From: Styela clava
Lineage: Eukaryota
Direction: 5' to 3'
Assembly (NCBI RefSeq): GCF_964204865.1
Contig: NC_135257.1
Coordinates: forward strand, 13,392,001-13,456,000
Length of the DNA: 64,000 nucleotides
Below, in pieces: positions 51,721 through 63,651 of this stretch. The position numbers were made by a program, and so were the translations under genes. The notes under the pieces were generated by a model. That model saw nothing but the letters and a program-made list of their open reading frames with translations. It ran no database searches and was not told the origin of the DNA. Positions within the stretch are counted from its first letter, which is position 1. Each line of letters begins with the position of its first letter.

Positions 51721-52474
51721 TTTGAGCATTTTTCTCAGTTGTTTTTCGCTATTTAGGTTTTTTCAAATCATATATATGTGAATTTTTATACCAATCATTA
51801 CTTTGTTAAATTTTTGAAGTACTGAAGTTTCTTTACGTGTCCATTGCTTCGTATATACTTTCAATTGGGACTCGCTTTAAATCTTGGTGTGCCAGACTCA
51901 TGATGGCCATGTTATGGTTTTTTCGCGACTTTCCGTCAATGGCGATGAAATCCGATATTCTTATCATCTAAATTCTAATGTATAATAGTTTGTGTTTAAA
52001 ACATTCGTGATTTTTTGCATGACGAAATAAACTCATTGTTTATCCACTTTGTGTCCAACAAAAATTTGACCATACAACTAATACCACTCCGTGTCTAATA
52101 ACATAACACCAAACATGCAGGGAGGATCTCCAGGAAAGATGTCAAAAATTAGGCAAAATCCAGTCTCGTGCATCGTGGCAGAGAAAAGCAAACTATATGG
52201 TATCGCTAAGTTGAGAGACAAAAACTTCCGATTTTTTAAATAGGCAGATGAACATTTCAACATTAGGCTGAATTTCAAAAAGCAATACACTTCTTGGAGA
52301 TTTCCCATGTGACATCATAATTACAATTATGCATAGTGAATGCTGAATCTAATTATAACCCATTATCTGGTTCAATTGAAGTCGCATAATCATACCCTTT
52401 TTAACTGATAATATTAGGTCTGTATCCGATCCCTTGCCATAAGAAATTCACATAAACATTTGCAATGTAAATCT

Positions 52475-55400
52475 TTATATTTCAGGAGAACATTCTGGAA
52501 CATTTCCAAATAAAGACATGAATAGTTGATTCCTAGCTTCGTGAGTAAAATCTGACTGATCATTTGGTGCCATGAAGCTCTGTAATTTTTGATGTATCTC
52601 ATACCTTTGAAATATCATGTATTATTATCATTTTTTAGGTTCCATGTGTGTGTTAAAACCCGTCAAAAGGTTGCATTAAAATATTAATATTATATTGAAT
52701 TATTATATATTTCATATATTGAAATATTCATATTATGGTCTCATAATCATCTGTATTGCGATTTAGAATACAGAACACTGGAAAAAAGTAAATACTTTTA
52801 TAGTATATCAAGCGAGTCAATTTATTATCAATTAAATTCCACTCCAGAAAACGTTTTCAATGTGTCCCTAGTTTCTAGCAGACTACTCCAAATAAAACTC
52901 TTCAAAACATTGGCATTGGGTCCTCAAATCTCATAATCAAATTGCATAATTCAAGTAATTAATCCAAAAACTGTGATAGATAAATGAGAAGTCAAAAATT
53001 TGAAATAAATACTCAAGTTCATACCTTATTTTTCTTCCTTTACTTGCTTTTGTGTCAACATTTTTCTTTGCTTTACTCCGTAATCTTTGTACTTTTAACC
53101 ATTGCCTTGAAAATTATTTCAAATTGGAATTCATAAAAATCTTTAGTGATCACTTTGACAAGACAATTTACCACCACAACACAAAAATATTTCATTTATT
53201 TTTTATAATTTAGGAAAGCAATATTCATGGTACTTTTAACCATTGCCTTGAAAATTATTTCAAATTGGAATTCAAAAAAAAAATCTTTAGTGATCACTTT
53301 GACAAGACAATTTACCACCACAACACAAAAATATTTTATTTATTTTTAATAATTTAGGAAAGCAATATTCATGAATAGACATTCACTAAAACTATTGAAT
53401 CATTTTCATAAAATTCATCAGATACCTTCAATGCATGATCAAATTTTATGAAAAATAAAAATTAATTTTCAATTCAATTAAATTTTTATATATGATATTG
53501 CTACAAATATGTACAAACCTCGTAAGTTCAACTGGATCTGATGAACCTCCAGGTCCTGATGATTTTTGTTCAATGAGTTGTCGAAGTAACTGGTGATAAA
53601 AGTCATCGTCATCATAGATTTCAGGCAGATATTCTTTTAAATGACTACTGTGGTTGTCGGCATCTTCAACAGGTGTCTATTGATTGAAAACAAAAGCTAA
53701 AGGGCAAAAAGCAACAGTTGACAGGGATGGGTGAAGTCAATAACATAGACCTGATATGAGTAAAGGACTGAAGCTTGGCACACAACTCTGTTCAATTATT
53801 CGTGCCTTCTTTGATCTTAAGGCAACATGATACTAAAATAAATTGTCTTTGAAAAACAAATATATTGTGAATTATATTTATTAGGACTTTCCATTTTTAT
53901 TCCAAGGTAGAAATTCAATAAGACAGCATATCCATGTTGCGAACCAAAAAAGATTAATGCCCAATCACCAGTCCAGATCAGCTTTGGAAATAGCTGAGTT
54001 ACCCGTAATTATTCGAGATTGATGGATACGGATGCTGAAGGAGTCAAGACGTAACCAGCTTAGGAATCCTTTCACACATAACTCCTTATACCAACATCTC
54101 AAACCAAATTCTGGACCAAAAATTTAACATACTAAACCACAATATTTCACAGACCTCTAGTTTATTAGACTGAGTCGTTCCCAGTATACGATAGTTCGTT
54201 CTTTTCAATTGTGTCCGCTTGATTAATCTTTCACGGTCTTGTAATATATCTTCTATCTGAGAAACTGTCGACCGTTCAAAATTTGAGAATGACTGAAATA
54301 TAAAGAGTCATAATTGTTATGAAAGAGGTAAAGTAAAACATTATGATATTCTTAACTCTACAAATATGACGAATACTGATTTACGTATGTATACCTTTGA
54401 TTTTGATGTCGCTGTTAATCTTGTTTTATCATACCACAACTTCAGTACTTTATTCCTATGAGTTTTATATGAAGTAAATCTGTCTTGGATCATATCATTC
54501 ACCTCTTCCATCGACGTTGTACTTTTCCGCTTGTTATTACTATGCATAAAAAATAACAATAAATTTAGAGATGACTACCCACAACATTTCTATTGATGTG
54601 TGTCAGTCAATGGGAACATTACACAAGATATATCTCTTCAATGTGCACTGTGATTTTGTAGTGTCATTCAAGTCCCAAGCATTATAAAATAAATAGAGCA
54701 ATATGATCGCATAATGTTACTGCTGCAACAGCAGATCCAGACGATTAAAATTTCAATATACCAGTGCAAAAACTTCAGATTTTGATGACGATAAACTTGG
54801 AGATACTTCAATAAAATTCATTATTTAATACTATTGAAAAAAACTAACAATTTCACATACTAAAGCTAACGTATCACTGAGATTTAGGTACCATGAATGT
54901 ATTCAATTTAGGGTTTTTGACAATAAACATACCTGATTTTAGAATCTGCTATTGACTGAGTTTCAGGATTTTGAGTGAGAAGTCTCCTTTCTAATTCTAA
55001 CAATTTGTATAAAAGATTAGACAAAATTTTATCCGCAGATGAAAGAGAAGCTGGTAATTCAGTTTTAAATAGTTCCATCTTATCATATTGAGGTAATCTG
55101 TTAGATATTGTAAGTATCTTCTGAAATTTGATTCGAGCTTCAAGCATATTTTCCCACAAACCTAAAAAATATAAAAAAAATTCTCAAAAAAACAAATTGA
55201 ATTTATTCGCAAAGTCAAATAGTCAATATCTGTCTGTTCACATCTATCATTTGTTTATGTTTATCCTCGACAAAGAGCATCGATAACTTTGAACTAACAG
55301 TAAAAAGTGTGCTCTTATACAAAATGTGAGGTAAGCAAACAGAAAAGTTATGGCCCTACTACATTGTGCAGCAAATGAAATTTTAGCGAATATACCGTAG

Positions 55401-58063
55401 ATAAGTATTGTACAATACATTCAGGTATCGTTTTCGTTATATGACGTCTTTCACTTTAAACAAAGCTCTATACAAGTCTCTATTACACCAATATGTAAAC
55501 AGCTGCTTTTTTCTTAAGGACCTCAATCATTCACCTTATTACACCCTGAGTGAGGTGGTGATCATAGGTTCGAACCATGGATCTTTAATGCCAATATAGT
55601 TGAGCCCAAAACTCTAGCCATCATAGGGCTTCGCTCTAATGATATAAGTATGACCAAACAATTACATAATCCAATCAATTTGTCATTCCCATCAAAAATA
55701 TTGTCCAACATTAGATGAATATTAGAATTAACCAGATTGGCAGATAAAACTAACAAATTTTAATTAATAAAAGAAACGTAAGTAATCTCACAAAATTGAT
55801 TTCTAGTAGCTCTCGATTTTAATAATGGATCAGCCTTTTTCCTATTTTGAAATATTTTTAAACTGTCATCGCCATCTCCATCGGCTTCATCAGAATCAAT
55901 TTCTTCATCCATTCCATCATCTTCATCTAGCATAATGTCTCCAACTTCACTATTATAGCTAGTATCACCATTCATTTCTCTGCATTAGTAGTGAAAAACA
56001 TATTCAAATCAAGAATTTGGATACAGGATGTCAATAGATATAGAAAACAACATAATAGAAGTAAAAGAATATACCTCTCAATATCTTCATCAGTTTGATC
56101 ATCTCCACTGTCAATATTTTCATCTTCAGCATTCCCATTCTATAAATAAATTGCAATTATATAAAACACATTCTAAAAAAGACATTTTTCATCACCCAAA
56201 CTTGACAAATGATAAACTTTTGTCCTAGCACATGAATAAATACAGCCAACCTACACTACCAAACTATATTATCAACAATGACACGAGGATAACGATAAAA
56301 TCAGGTAGAGATACTAATAAATAAATAAATGCTTTTTTAGACATAGTGAAGTTCAAGAAATGCAAAATTTTTTCCTTATACTCGGACAGGATCGAAACAG
56401 AGGATGAAAAACAATTATAGCGCAATTTTTATCCTAATTCTTGCTGTGGCTGCACACTTGCACAGACTATCTCGTCTATGATATGCACTAACTGGAAAAT
56501 ATTTTCAGTCAAAAACACCTCGACAGCAAAGATATTTGATATTCTCATAAAGACTAAAAACGATATTTGGAGGTCATGATATTCGAATTACAAAAGAATT
56601 CTACTATCGTACATGATTTTTCTCACTATTCTTGACGATACAGAATAAAACGGAAATGTAATCTAAATACCTTAATGCACTTCATGATAGCAACAATATT
56701 TACCTCCAGTTCAATGTTATCTTCATTGCCAGACTCACTTCCATCACCATCTGATGTTTGATTCCTTGATACAACTTTACCCCTATATAGCTCTCCCATG
56801 CCTTCGAGCGACTGCATTTTTCTTCGGCCAATTCCAGGAACATGTTGAATAACTGTTCCATCTTCAGCATCACTATTCAAATCATCTTTCTCTACAACTT
56901 TAGCTCTGGTTTCTAAACAAAAATTCTACCATGTAAAAATACAACAATTTTCATTAGGTATAGATAGTCGTAATATATCGTTTTACTTAGTTCGTCACTT
57001 CAATCATGGAGTAACATTTCGGTCAGATATGCTAAACCCATAAAGTACAGTCATTTCAAAACTGGGTAGCACATACAGTTATTAGTTTCTGGCATTACTG
57101 CATTATATAAAGTAGAAATGCAAATATCAAACAAAACAGATGATCTATATATATTTTAATTCAAGAAATTCAAGAACAAGGAGTCTATGATCAAGGATAC
57201 AATTTTTCTAAACCAAAAAAATCTTCAAAACAAAATTGAAAGCCTTTTAGGGAGAAGTTTCAATCTCCGAATAATTGAAATGTGACAGTGATTCAGTAGT
57301 TGAAGAGAAAACAATTCAATTTATACCAACCACAATATTCACAAACAATGTTTGAGTAATAATAATAATACTGGGTCACTGGTTACAGCAGGGGTGCACA
57401 ACCTTTTCTCGTTTGACGGGGGCATTACATTTTTGTAAAGCTGACTTTTTCAACGAGTGGCGTCATCGCGATCAGGTTTCGAACAATAACTTCTTTACAT
57501 AAACGCCAAAAAAATCTAATTTCATCTGGAATTAAAGAACCGTTTCTCTGTTAACGATATCCCGCTTTAGAGATATGAAAGAATATTCAGAGCTGTTACT
57601 TTTTTATAATACTGATAATTTATTTCCATTACAGACACAAGTAATGATATGATTTTTCGTAACACTCAAGCGCCAACATAAAACATAAATTATTTTTCAG
57701 TAACACACCAGCACAGCTGCACATTTTACCTGCGAAAGCCGCATGCGGCCGTACGGCTGCAGGTTGTGCCCCCCTGGGTTATAGCGTTCAGTCAAAGAAT
57801 ATTATGAGTATGTAGGTACCCAGCAACTCAGTAGCAAGCCAAAAAACACCCCTAAATGGTCAGGTCTATTTAAGTCTTTAGGTGCCATAGCACAACCACA
57901 ACTGTAGAAGTGCATCACAGTTTTAGCAAAAAAATGTGCATAAAGTGAACAGTAATGCATTGAGTGTTATATCACAAGTACCTTCATAAATATCATCTTC
58001 TGGGTCAATGCTCTTCACACTCGGATCGAAAAGCCTAGCAAGTTGTTCAGCTAAAGATGTCAT
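52475..58063 (-). CDS. AATF: Apoptosis-antagonizing transcription factor (Che-1/Bfr2), 10 exons
   Basis: Exons approximately 58063-57982, 56912-56704, 56140-56075, 55979-55791, 55161-54934, 54538-54395, 54293-54155, 53676-53518, 53107-53024, 52604-52475. Peptides [96 protein letters not shown]. Confidence 0.93.
53090..53373. repeat. ~140-bp direct tandem duplication spanning an AATF 3' splice site
   Basis: TACTTTTAACCATTGCCTTGAAAATT...GCAATATTCATG at 53090-53229 and 53231-53373. Confidence 0.9.
57389..57776. mobile_element. hAT-type MITE in AATF intron 1
   Basis: TIRs CAGGGGTGCACAACCT / AGGTTGTGCCCCCCTG; TSD GGTTACAG / GGTTATAG (7 of 8 match, central TA). Confidence 0.8.
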
Positions 58064-58736
58064 GATGACATTTAAAATTGTTATGTATACTTTAAACTTG
58101 ATTTTGTACTTGGTTTTCTAAATAAAAAAAGCAAACATTCAATAAACTGATAAAGGTCGATACCCTTCGATTGACATTATTAACAAACATTTATGAATGC
58201 CCAATGTAAAATTTCAGATAGTGGCAGTCTCCATGCATTTTAATGAATTTTAGGAGAAAAGAACAAAAACTCTTGAGAAAAGTGGGTATGTAAGTACTTT
58301 ATTGGATTTTATCGTCACAATCATTAATTCAACAACTTTTTATTGTAACATTCAGAAAATTCAAACCTAAATATCAGAATTATGAGATCAGTTACAGAAG
58401 AGCATCCATTTGAACTACAGTACCAGTTTGTGGCAAAGATGTGACTAAATGATACAAACCACAATCATAATCAAATATAAGAAACTCCATTCAAAGGCAA
58501 AAATTCCAAAATATGCACTCATTAAAATAATACGGTTACGACAAATTACACATTCTATACTTGTCTATCCATTTATATATACACAAATCAATTTACAAAA
58601 TAATGATATGAGAATATCACTTTTAACAAACAGACATTCAACATGATGAAAACATTGGCAAATACAGTAATTCTCACAAGTTCAACCTTGAATTTTTTTA
58701 TGATCAAAGTAATGCTTATAACTTGATAATATATAG

Positions 58737-60323
58737 TTAATATTTCTTATAATTCGAATCTCCACCCTTTCGCTTTTCAATAATTTGATTGATTTGCATC
58801 AGTTCGCGATTCAATTTTTGTTTTTCATTCTGCTCCTTGGTTCGTCTTGTTTTTCGACCTCCTGTCATTTTTATTCCATACTGGAAGGCAGCTTTAGGCA
58901 TTGCTTCTTTCTGAGACATGTAATTACTATATTCTTCTTGAGTATCAAAGTCCCATCTTCCAACTGGACCTTTCTTACTACCTTGATCCATTTTACTGTA
59001 ATCTGCTTCATCATCACTATCGTCTCCTACGCCTGATAAATTGTATTGCGCTGATGGATAGCATTCCATGTAACTGTCAGATGCCCCCGCTGTGCCAATG
59101 AGTGGATTGCCTTTGCCAGACTCTTTCTTTTGCTTTTTAGTTTCTTTGGTTTGGTCTGGTTGTGACGACCCTGCATATTTTTCATTGACATTTTTTACAA
59201 AATTTTTCACTGAAGCAGCAACAGCTTGTTTTGATTCAACCATTTCTTCTTCCATTTTAGGTTTCTCAAAATAAGAATGAGCATTTTTTGCAGGCTTGCT
59301 TCTGTTCTTTTTTAGAGTAGGAACATATTCACCAATATCATCAAATATGCCCATGTCTGCTTCAATGGGTCTTTTATGTGGCCTATCATTTTCAGTCTTT
59401 ATCTTTCTATCTTTCTTCTTTCTATGCTTTTCGCGAGCACCTTGACGTAAATATGACAATATCTGAGTCAGTTTATTAATAACAATATCGTTAGTTGATA
59501 ATGTTGTTTGAGACTCGAGTGTTGGGCAGTCTGCTTTACTACGAAGCAGAGTAGTGGGAATATCTGTGTCTGCAAACTCATCATCGACTTGAAAAACGTA
59601 CGCCATTCGTCCCGGCAAAAACAATTCATTTCTTAGTTTCATTTGAGGCTGGAAGACAAGTCTGTGTATGTTTTTTGCCATTTTTGTTTTGAACGTAACC
59701 ACTTCTTTCTGTTGCTGCTGTTGTTCTTCTTTCGTGTTTTCTATGTCTTCAGATAAAACTTTATCAAGTTCTTCGTCCTCTCGTTCTTTTGTCGATATCT
59801 CAGCTCGAACCTTTTGTAAAAGAGCGAAATCGAGACCTTTTACCAAGTGAGTATGAGCCATGTCACCTCCAAGATATTTTGATTCTTGGATGACTTGTCT
59901 TCTTTTCTCAGCGGAAGTTCGGTCCGCTTCAGCACTTGGGCCAACGGTTTTGTAATTAGCAGTTGTATTGATAAGATCAGATTCAGCATAATCTCCTTTA
60001 CCTTCTCTCCTCTCTTTTGCTCGATCTCTATATTTCTTTTGAAGTTCAGCCTGCCTTTCCATTTCTTGCTTTTTAAGTTTTGCATACAAACTTTTCTTTT
60101 TTCTTCTTTTTTCAGCAGCCGATTCATGATCTTCTGAATCAAATTCTGATTGGGACGCTGAGACTCGTTTTGCTCGATCATCGTGAGTTTTTTCACCACC
60201 AGCTTTAGGGGTCGTCAAAAATTTTCGAAAGTCTGCATTGGTTAGAGGTTGTTCATTAACATTGCCATCAGTCTCATGATAATGCTCAGGGGGCAGAGGA
60301 TTAGAAAATTCTTCATTTGCCAT
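58737..60323 (-). CDS. IK: Protein RED (IK), spliceosomal B-complex factor; single coding exon, 528 aa
   Basis: RED_N motifs LTNADFRKFL.TP, KYRDRAKERR, IQESKYLGGDMAHTHLVKGLDFALLQKVR, RNELFLPGRMAY, DIPTTLLRSKADCP; RED_C motifs SYMECYP, DYSKMDQG.KKGP.GRWDFDT.EEYS.YM..KEAMPKAAFQYGIKM. Confidence 0.97.
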   Translation of the reverse strand: MANEEFSNPLPPEHYHETDGNVNEQPLTNADFRKFLTTPKAGGEKTHDDRAKRVSASQSEFDSEDHESAAEKRRKKKSLYAKLKKQEMERQAELQKKYRDRAKERREGKGDYAESDLINTTANYKTVGPSAEADRTSAEKRRQVIQESKYLGGDMAHTHLVKGLDFALLQKVRAEISTKEREDEELDKVLSEDIENTKEEQQQQQKEVVTFKTKMAKNIHRLVFQPQMKLRNELFLPGRMAYVFQVDDEFADTDIPTTLLRSKADCPTLESQTTLSTNDIVINKLTQILSYLRQGAREKHRKKKDRKIKTENDRPHKRPIEADMGIFDDIGEYVPTLKKNRSKPAKNAHSYFEKPKMEEEMVESKQAVAASVKNFVKNVNEKYAGSSQPDQTKETKKQKKESGKGNPLIGTAGASDSYMECYPSAQYNLSGVGDDSDDEADYSKMDQGSKKGPVGRWDFDTQEEYSNYMSQKEAMPKAAFQYGIKMTGGRKTRRTKEQNEKQKLNRELMQINQIIEKRKGGDSNYKKY

Positions 60324-60413
60324 AATGCTTTATTGATAAAATTAGTTCAACAGTATTTATAAAATATAAAAAAAAAAATGAATGGCTGAGTATTGAACTG
60401 TCACTGACATAAC

Positions 60414-60760
60414 GGCGCGGCGTTGTGGCTCAACGGGCTAAGCGTTAGGAATACGCTCGCCACCGCACCTCTAATTACTCTGCGTGGGTTCGCAGGTTCG
60501 AATCCCATGCAGGGATGGTTATGTGCGAGAGGATTGCTGGACTTCTCGCCGTCGTTGGGTGGTTCACGTAACCGCTGGTCGGTTACGGCTTCCTCCACCA
60601 CCAAGTCCATGCTTCCGAAAACAAACAATATAACTAATCCCATACCATACCCGACTTGGAATGGTAACCGGACGAGAGGCCGTGGTTCGCCATATGAATA
60701 AGCCTTCTTATCGGCTTTCCTCTCCCCCGGGATAAATAGGTAAATTCTATCCTATCCTAT
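60414..60760 (+). mobile_element. tRNA-derived SINE (~350 bp)
   Basis: GC-rich island with A box TGGCTCAACGG (60426) and B box GGTTCGAATCC (60495), a unique body and an (ATCCT)n tail. Confidence 0.8.
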
Positions 60761-60819
60761 AACTGAAAGAGATTCCAGTTTAAATGAAGATGGATGGCTT
60801 AAACTTGTATATGCCGATT

Positions 60820-62386
60820 TCCACGCTTTGTCGCGTAATGCAATGGTGGTGAAATAGTATCGACACTTTGATTGTTCATTATCTTCTGTGCGAGCGTGCG
60901 CCCTTATTGTTGCGACACATTTGCATGGTCGCAAGATTGGCACTATCGCCATCCCCTTGCAATGCTTCTAATTTACGGATTCATTTGTATTAAGTCAAGG
61001 AAGTCACATAAATACAAATAGTCAGATAATAAATAAGTTAAATAAAGTCGTGCACTTTGTTACAAATTACAACACCCAATAAATTGTCTCATGTCTTAAA
61101 AAACGAGTTGATTTATTGGAAAAAATCCTTTAAACATTTTCACACTTTTGGCAAATACCGTATTTTGATAATGATAGTCAAAAGTATCGACTTTTTATTA
61201 TGATGATTTTCCGTTGCGACAAAATATTCAAATTCATGAACAATAACAGCATTTAAAATGCCTTGTCGTATTAATTTAATTTTGTTTAATAATTAACCTA
61301 ACTCGTGGTTGCGTCAACTAACGAAAAAATAAAAGTATTACCGACAATCTGCAGCATTGAATGGTGTGGTGCACTGGCCAATTATAATTAATTTTTTAAA
61401 CCTATTACAGTACTTACGAAAAACAAATATTGATACAACTCCAAAATACCACGGCAATCTGTGGACATAAAATGTGTGGTTGACTGCCCGATTAGAATTA
61501 ACTTTGATTTATTAATTCGTACTCACGGAAAAATAATAATTTTGATAATGATAGTTGAAAGTATGGACTTTTAACTAAGATGATTATATGTTGCAAAATA
61601 TTCAAATCCATGACCGACAACAGCATTTAAAATGACTTATTGTTATTGTATTAATTTAATTGTTTTTAACGTAACACATAGTTTTGCAGACTCGCGAATA
61701 AATTAATGCATTACTACTCTAAGATACGGCGACCATCTGTGAACATAAAATGTGTGGTAACTGCTTGATTATAATTACAAAATACAAAAGCATTACAACT
61801 TTAAAATAACGCGGTATCTGTAGAAATATAATGTGTGGTAAAATGCTGGATTATAATTAATTTTTGATTCACACTTTCGTACTCACAAAAAAATAATTTA
61901 TACCTTTACCCACTTTCGGCAAATAGTTTTGATAATGATTGTTAAAAGTATGGAATTATCGGTTGTGCAAAGTATTTACCGTAAATCCATGACTGATAAC
62001 AGCATTTAAAATGCCTTCGTATTAATTTACTTTTGTTCGATGTAGCCTAACTCATCAATGCCTCGTCTTACGAAGAATAAAATGTTTCAAAATACCACAG
62101 CAATCAAAAACACAAAACTAATGGTAAACTGCCCTATTATAATTAATTTTGATTCGCACTCTCGTACTTACGAAAATAAAAAGGGCATACTACTATAAAA
62201 TATCACGGCAATCGGCGGATATAAATTTTCTGGTAGCCAGCTTGTAGGTAACGGTAATTCCATTGTTTATTGTATGCTAATTCCGCCATAAAGATAAGCT
62301 TGCATTTATTTTCGAAGTATTCGAAACTTAAATAATAATTTTGAATGTATTCGAAATAGTAAATTATTCGGTATTGGCCATCCCTG
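60820..62386. mobile_element. Second, left-truncated copy of the 22217-24407 hAT-like family, with a ~360-380-bp internal tandem repeat
   Basis: Same right end (TTCGAAATAGT.AA.TATTCGGTATTGGCCATCCCTG) and matching left-interior motif (GTTGCGACACATTTGCA). TTTTGATAATGAT..AAAAGTAT recurs at ~61163, 61540 and 61927. Confidence 0.75.
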
Positions 62387-62749
62387 ATGCCGTTTGAAAT
62401 TTGCTCAATTAGTTTCACAATGTTTATGATATGACAGCACAAAATGAATATCCATGAATGTGGAGAAGGGGCAACATTTTTTAATTATGACCGACTGCAC
62501 TCCTATGGCCTGAAGTAACATCATTGAATCAAATGTCTCAATGTTAAATGGCGGATAAACAGTTCACCAATCTGCCAATAGGATATCTGTATAACTCAAA
62601 ATAAATAACGCCATTTCAGCATTTGGTTAATAATTTCTGAATTTAGTTTAAATCAGAAATAGAGTTTGCTATTGGGGCATCATCGAATAGATAGGTTAGA
62701 TTTTACGAGAAAAAGTTTAGGAATATCAAATATGTCCTGAAGTCACCTC

Positions 62750-63651
62750 AGGATTGACACGTGAAAAAATTGTTATGCTACGCCTACTAGAAGTACGTTA
62801 GGTAGGAAAGTAGGGTGGCTTACCCACTTTGCGACCATCAACTTCATCGATTAAATTAATGCCGAAAAAATTAACGAACCGCGACGATATTTCTCACACG
62901 TTATCGTCCACTTATCCCTCGTAGCTCTGCGAAAAGACACTAAAATGCGGCCACAAATAAAAAAGTTACGACCGAAAACCTGACCGAAGAAAAAAAACGG
63001 ACCATTTTACCATGTCGCCAACTACCCATTGTTCCCTCAAAAAAGCTTGAAAATCCATACAAATATAAGAGATAAAGAGATGAAACTTGGCAGGTGGGTA
63101 GAGTTGTGTTTCTTTCAACCATCTTTAAAGTTTCGCGTTTCTACCTTCAAAGGAGGGGGAGTAGGGGGGTGCGCATTTCCAATACGTCAATAATATCTTT
63201 GTCAACTAATTTGCGACCACCGTGTTTTTGTCTGTTTGATTGTTGTGATGCGGTGCTTTGTTTATAATTTGAAGAATTTTGTTTGAAATAACCGTGTTCT
63301 TAAAATATATAACGGTCAGAAATGCAATTAGAAGCCCATTTTTTCACGCATGGCTGCGTATGCCCCAGTCTCGACACAGCAGAAACGATGTTCAAGGCTT
63401 GAAATCCGTGATCGCACACTGGTCGTTCGGTCGCAAATACGTCTTCAGAGTGTCGTACTTTGGTGGTTTGTATAGCTTTAACCCCTGGTCGTAGAAAGTT
63501 AATTCGAAGTTCAGCGTGTAGAATAAATGCCAATGCACTTACGGTGAAAAAATTAACGGGTTAGAAATATTGGTTTTTGTTTTATAGCGGTTTGAATGAA
63601 ATCGTCCGCAGATTGGCTACACCACCCTACATGAGACCCTAATTTTTCTAG
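62750..63651. mobile_element. Probable dispersed repeat of unresolved class
   Basis: Left part is homologous to the 38438-38674 arms; ACTAG (62786) ... CTAGT (63651) possible termini; non-coding. Confidence 0.35.

Noticed and set aside
51780-52308. Possible small gene downstream of AATF on the minus strand
   Set aside because: Could not assemble a consistent spliced frame or recognise any motif; may be AATF 3' UTR.
58785-60199. Short ORFs overlapping IK on both strands
   Set aside because: Antisense or alternative-frame shadows of the IK coding sequence.
60414-60510. tRNA gene
   Set aside because: A and B boxes are present, but I could not build a cloverleaf with an acceptor stem, and it continues into a SINE body and tail.
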